Assembly (NCBI GenBank): GCA_023958085.1
Contig: JAMLGI010000011.1
Location: 2,904-66,903, forward strand
Origin: Solirubrobacterales bacterium
GTDB lineage: Bacteria; Actinomycetota; Thermoleophilia; Solirubrobacterales; 70-9
Direction: 5' to 3'
DNA length: 64,000 nucleotides
Shown here: positions 61,970-64,000 of the stretch, piece after piece
Layout of the letters: each line of letters starts with the position of its first letter
Position numbering within the stretch: position 1 is the first letter of the stretch
Notes under the pieces: model-generated
What the model was told of the DNA's origin: nothing
Seen by the model: the letters and a program-made list of their open reading frames with translations, nothing else
Databases searched by the model: none
Translations under genes and position numbers: made by a program

Positions 61970-62342
61970 CGCCTGGGCACTGGTTGCCTTTCTCAAACGA
62001 GAACCCCCGGCGCCGCTGATCCGGGATGCCTGGCAGCGCGAGGGTGCCGCCATCTCGATCATCAATCTGGGCGAGGTTCTCTATATCCGGTCACGAACTC
62101 ACGGTGAACGAGATGCTGCCGAGCGCGTGGAACTCGTTCGCGAAGACCTTGAGGTTGTTCCAGCAGACTGGCCCCTCGTCGAGGACGCCACCAGGATCAA
62201 ATCCGGCGGCGGACTGTCCTTTGCCGACGCATTCTGCGTGGCAACCGCTCGACGTCTGGACGCCGAACTCTGGACCGCCGACCCGGAGATCCTCAACATC
62301 GCCCCACGATTCAACTGCCGGACCCGGGATCTTCGATCCTGA
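61956..62342 (+). CDS. vapC: PIN-domain toxin (VapC-like)
   Basis: VVLDAWALVAFL (Asp1), ...INLGEV... and ...SFADAFCVATA....LWTADPE. The GTG start overlaps vapB by 14 nt. Confidence 0.8.
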   Translation: MVVLDAWALVAFLKREPPAPLIRDAWQREGAAISIINLGEVLYIRSRTHGERDAAERVELVREDLEVVPADWPLVEDATRIKSGGGLSFADAFCVATARRLDAELWTADPEILNIAPRFNCRTRDLRS

Positions 62343-62381
62343 TCTGCCTCTTCTCCCGCCGGGGCTTTGACCCGCAAGGGG

Positions 62382-62440
62382 ATCGGCGGGAGGTCTCTCG
62401 GCCGTATCGACTGAAAAAGCTCCCCTCGACGGCTCTTGGC
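62382..62440 (+). repeat. Right copy of the ~60-bp direct repeat
   Basis: GATCGGCGGGAGGTCTCTCGGCCGTATCGACTGAAAAAGCTCCCCTCGACGGCTCTTGG aligns with 61570-61628. The internal stem is partly degraded. Confidence 0.65.
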
Positions 62441-62447
62441 TTGGCTT

Positions 62448-63596
62448 CTACAGGCCCATTGAGCGGCCGATGATCTCTTTCATGATCTCGGTGGTGCCGG
62501 CGTAGATCCGGGTTACCCGGTTGTCGGCGTAGGCACGGGCGATCGGGTACTCCAGCATGTAGCCGTAGCCACCGTGGAGCTGGACGCACTTGTCGATCAC
62601 CCGGTCGGCCATCTCGGTGGTCCACCACTTGGCGGCGGCGGCATCCTCGGCCGAAAGCTCACCCTCGTTGTGGGCGGCGACGCAGCGGTCGATGTAGACC
62701 GTGGCGATGTCCACCTCGGTCTTGATCTCGGCCATCTCGAACCGGGAGTTCTGGAAGGAGCCGATCGGTTTGCCGAAGGCGGTCCGTTCCTTCACGTAAT
62801 CGAGCGTCCAGTTCAGCGCCGCCTGGGCTGCCGCGACCGCCGCAACCGCGACCGAGAGTCGCTCCTGCGCCAGGTTGAACACGAGATAACGGAAACCCTC
62901 GCCCTCGTTGCCGAGCCGGTTTGCCAGCGGCACCCGCATCTCGTTGAAAAAGAGCTCCGCGGTGTCCTGCGAGTGCATCCCGATCTTCTCCAGGTTGCGG
63001 CCCCGCTCAAGCCCCTCGGCGTCCCCCTCGACGATCACGATCGACATCCCGCGGTGTTTCTCGTTCGGGTCCGTCTTGACCGCGGTGATGATCAGATCCG
63101 AGTTGATCCCGTTGGTGATGAAGGTCTTGGAGCCGTCAACGATGTAGTCGTCCCCGTCCCGGATCGCCTTGGTTGACATCGAGGCGAGATCGGAACCGAT
63201 TCCCGGTTCGGTCATCGCCACCGCCGTGATCAGGCTGCCGTCCACGATGCCGGGCATCCAGCGCTGCTTCTGCTCCTCGTTCGTGTAATGCTCGAAGTAC
63301 GGCAGGCAGACGTCGTTGTGAAGCGAAATTCCGAGGGTCGGCCCGGTGAAACCGGCGTAGGCGCCCTCCTCGATGATCACCTGGTTGAAACGGTAATCCT
63401 TGAGGCCGAGTCCGCCGTACTCCTCGTCCACCGACATGCCCAGCATCCCCAGCTCGCCGGCCTTGGCGAACAGTTCCCGGGGGACGATTCCGTCGGTCTC
63501 CCACTGCTCGAAGTTGGGCTTGACCTCCCGGGCGAAGAACTGGCGGACGGTCTCACGGAAATCGTTGTGCTCAGCTGCGAAGATCTGGCGGTCCAT
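62448..63596 (-). CDS. Acyl-CoA dehydrogenase
   Basis: MDRQIFAAEHNDFRETVRQF..., TEPGIGSDLAS, and C-terminal ...GGYGYMLEYPIARAYADNRVTRIYAGTTEIMKEII. ORF start 63911 is rejected in favour of ATG 63596. Confidence 0.9.
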   Translation of the reverse strand: MDRQIFAAEHNDFRETVRQFFAREVKPNFEQWETDGIVPRELFAKAGELGMLGMSVDEEYGGLGLKDYRFNQVIIEEGAYAGFTGPTLGISLHNDVCLPYFEHYTNEEQKQRWMPGIVDGSLITAVAMTEPGIGSDLASMSTKAIRDGDDYIVDGSKTFITNGINSDLIITAVKTDPNEKHRGMSIVIVEGDAEGLERGRNLEKIGMHSQDTAELFFNEMRVPLANRLGNEGEGFRYLVFNLAQERLSVAVAAVAAAQAALNWTLDYVKERTAFGKPIGSFQNSRFEMAEIKTEVDIATVYIDRCVAAHNEGELSAEDAAAAKWWTTEMADRVIDKCVQLHGGYGYMLEYPIARAYADNRVTRIYAGTTEIMKEIIGRSMGL

Positions 63597-63626
63597 GCGG
63601 TCAACTTTATGGAAGAGGAGCGGTAG

Positions 63627-64000
63627 ATGAGCAAGTCCGGAAGTGCGATCGTGTTTGGAGGAGCCTCCGGGCTGGGTGAGGCCAGTGCCCGGCATCTGGC
63701 CGAGGCCGGTTACCGGGTGACCGTTGCCGACCTGAACGAGGAGAAGGGTGCCGCGGTCGCCGCCGGGATCGGCGGGAGTTTCATCACCGCGGACATCACC
63801 GAGGAGGAGCCGGTTCAGGCGGCGGTCGAGGCCGCGGCGGCCTCCGCCCCGGACGGCCTGCGGGTTTGCGTCAACTGTGCCGGAATCGGTGCCGCCGGCC
63901 GGATCGTCCACGGCAAGGGTGCCGCCCCGCTCGACGGCTACAAGTGGGTGATCAACATCAACCTGCTCGGCACGATCAACGTGCTGCGGCTTGCCGCGAA
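63627..64000 (+). CDS. Short-chain dehydrogenase/reductase (3-hydroxyacyl-CoA dehydrogenase type-2-like), 3' end outside the window
   Basis: Not in the ORF track because it has no stop in the window. ATG 63627 follows a GGAAGAGGAG RBS. My translation reads MSKSGSAIVFGGASGLGEASARHLAEAGYRVTVADL...NCAGIG... Confidence 0.8.
   Translation, partial: MSKSGSAIVFGGASGLGEASARHLAEAGYRVTVADLNEEKGAAVAAGIGGSFITADITEEEPVQAAVEAAAASAPDGLRVCVNCAGIGAAGRIVHGKGAAPLDGYKWVININLLGTINVLRLAA

Noticed and set aside
63597-63911. N-terminal 105 codons of ORF 62448..63911
   Set aside because: They run antisense into the SDR gene and are low-complexity. The acyl-CoA dehydrogenase homology begins at MDRQIFAAEH (ATG 63596).
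1-64000. CRISPR arrays, rRNA genes, IS elements, transposases, integrases, phage structural genes and known multi-gene defence systems (RM, CBASS, retron, Gabija-like ATPase-nuclease pairs)
   Set aside because: There is no short regularly spaced repeat array, no rRNA-like sequence, and no ORF with DDE, tyrosine or serine recombinase, reverse transcriptase, or large ATPase/nuclease motifs in any of the translated ORFs. The only addiction- or defence-like content is the TA modules listed.

Overview
Very GC-rich, gene-dense chromosomal window with about 60 CDS and 2 tRNA-Ala genes. I recognised no rRNA, CRISPR array, transposase or integrase. The left two thirds show Actinomycetota-type origin-proximal synteny. 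It runs from 5'-truncated gyrA through the FhaA-FhaB-PstP-RodA-PbpA-PknB cell-wall signalling cluster, ddl and uppP. An ~11 kb Wzx/Wzy-type glycan cluster follows, then metF, housekeeping genes, metYXW and sdhCAB. The right third looks more accessory. It holds three type II TA cassettes (vapBC x2, mazEF) and an XRE-nucleotidyltransferase pair. It also holds a minus-strand operon of RR, HK, His-rich membrane protein, CopZ-like protein, P1B-ATPase and Crp. Divergent from that is an operon of a His/Asp-rich secreted protein, a small TM ORF, ApbE, a ferric-reductase-like haem-b membrane protein, ferredoxin reductase and ferredoxin. RIC, an acyl-CoA dehydrogenase and a 3'-truncated SDR (absent from the ORF track) complete the window. 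The most unusual items are: (1) a non-coding 480 bp gyrA/pheA convergent spacer with a tandem 97-nt repeat and an extreme G-tract/C-tract inverted repeat; (2) twin His/Asp-tailed envelope proteins flanking the two-component system, next to a candidate transmembrane electron-transfer module; (3) a ~60 bp structured direct repeat bracketing one vapBC cassette; (4) a secreted beta-helix protein with a Lys/Arg-rich tail whose stop codon lies inside a tRNA-Ala gene; (5) several genes whose conserved N-termini lack a canonical start codon. Every functional call rests on motif recognition in the translations. No database search was run.
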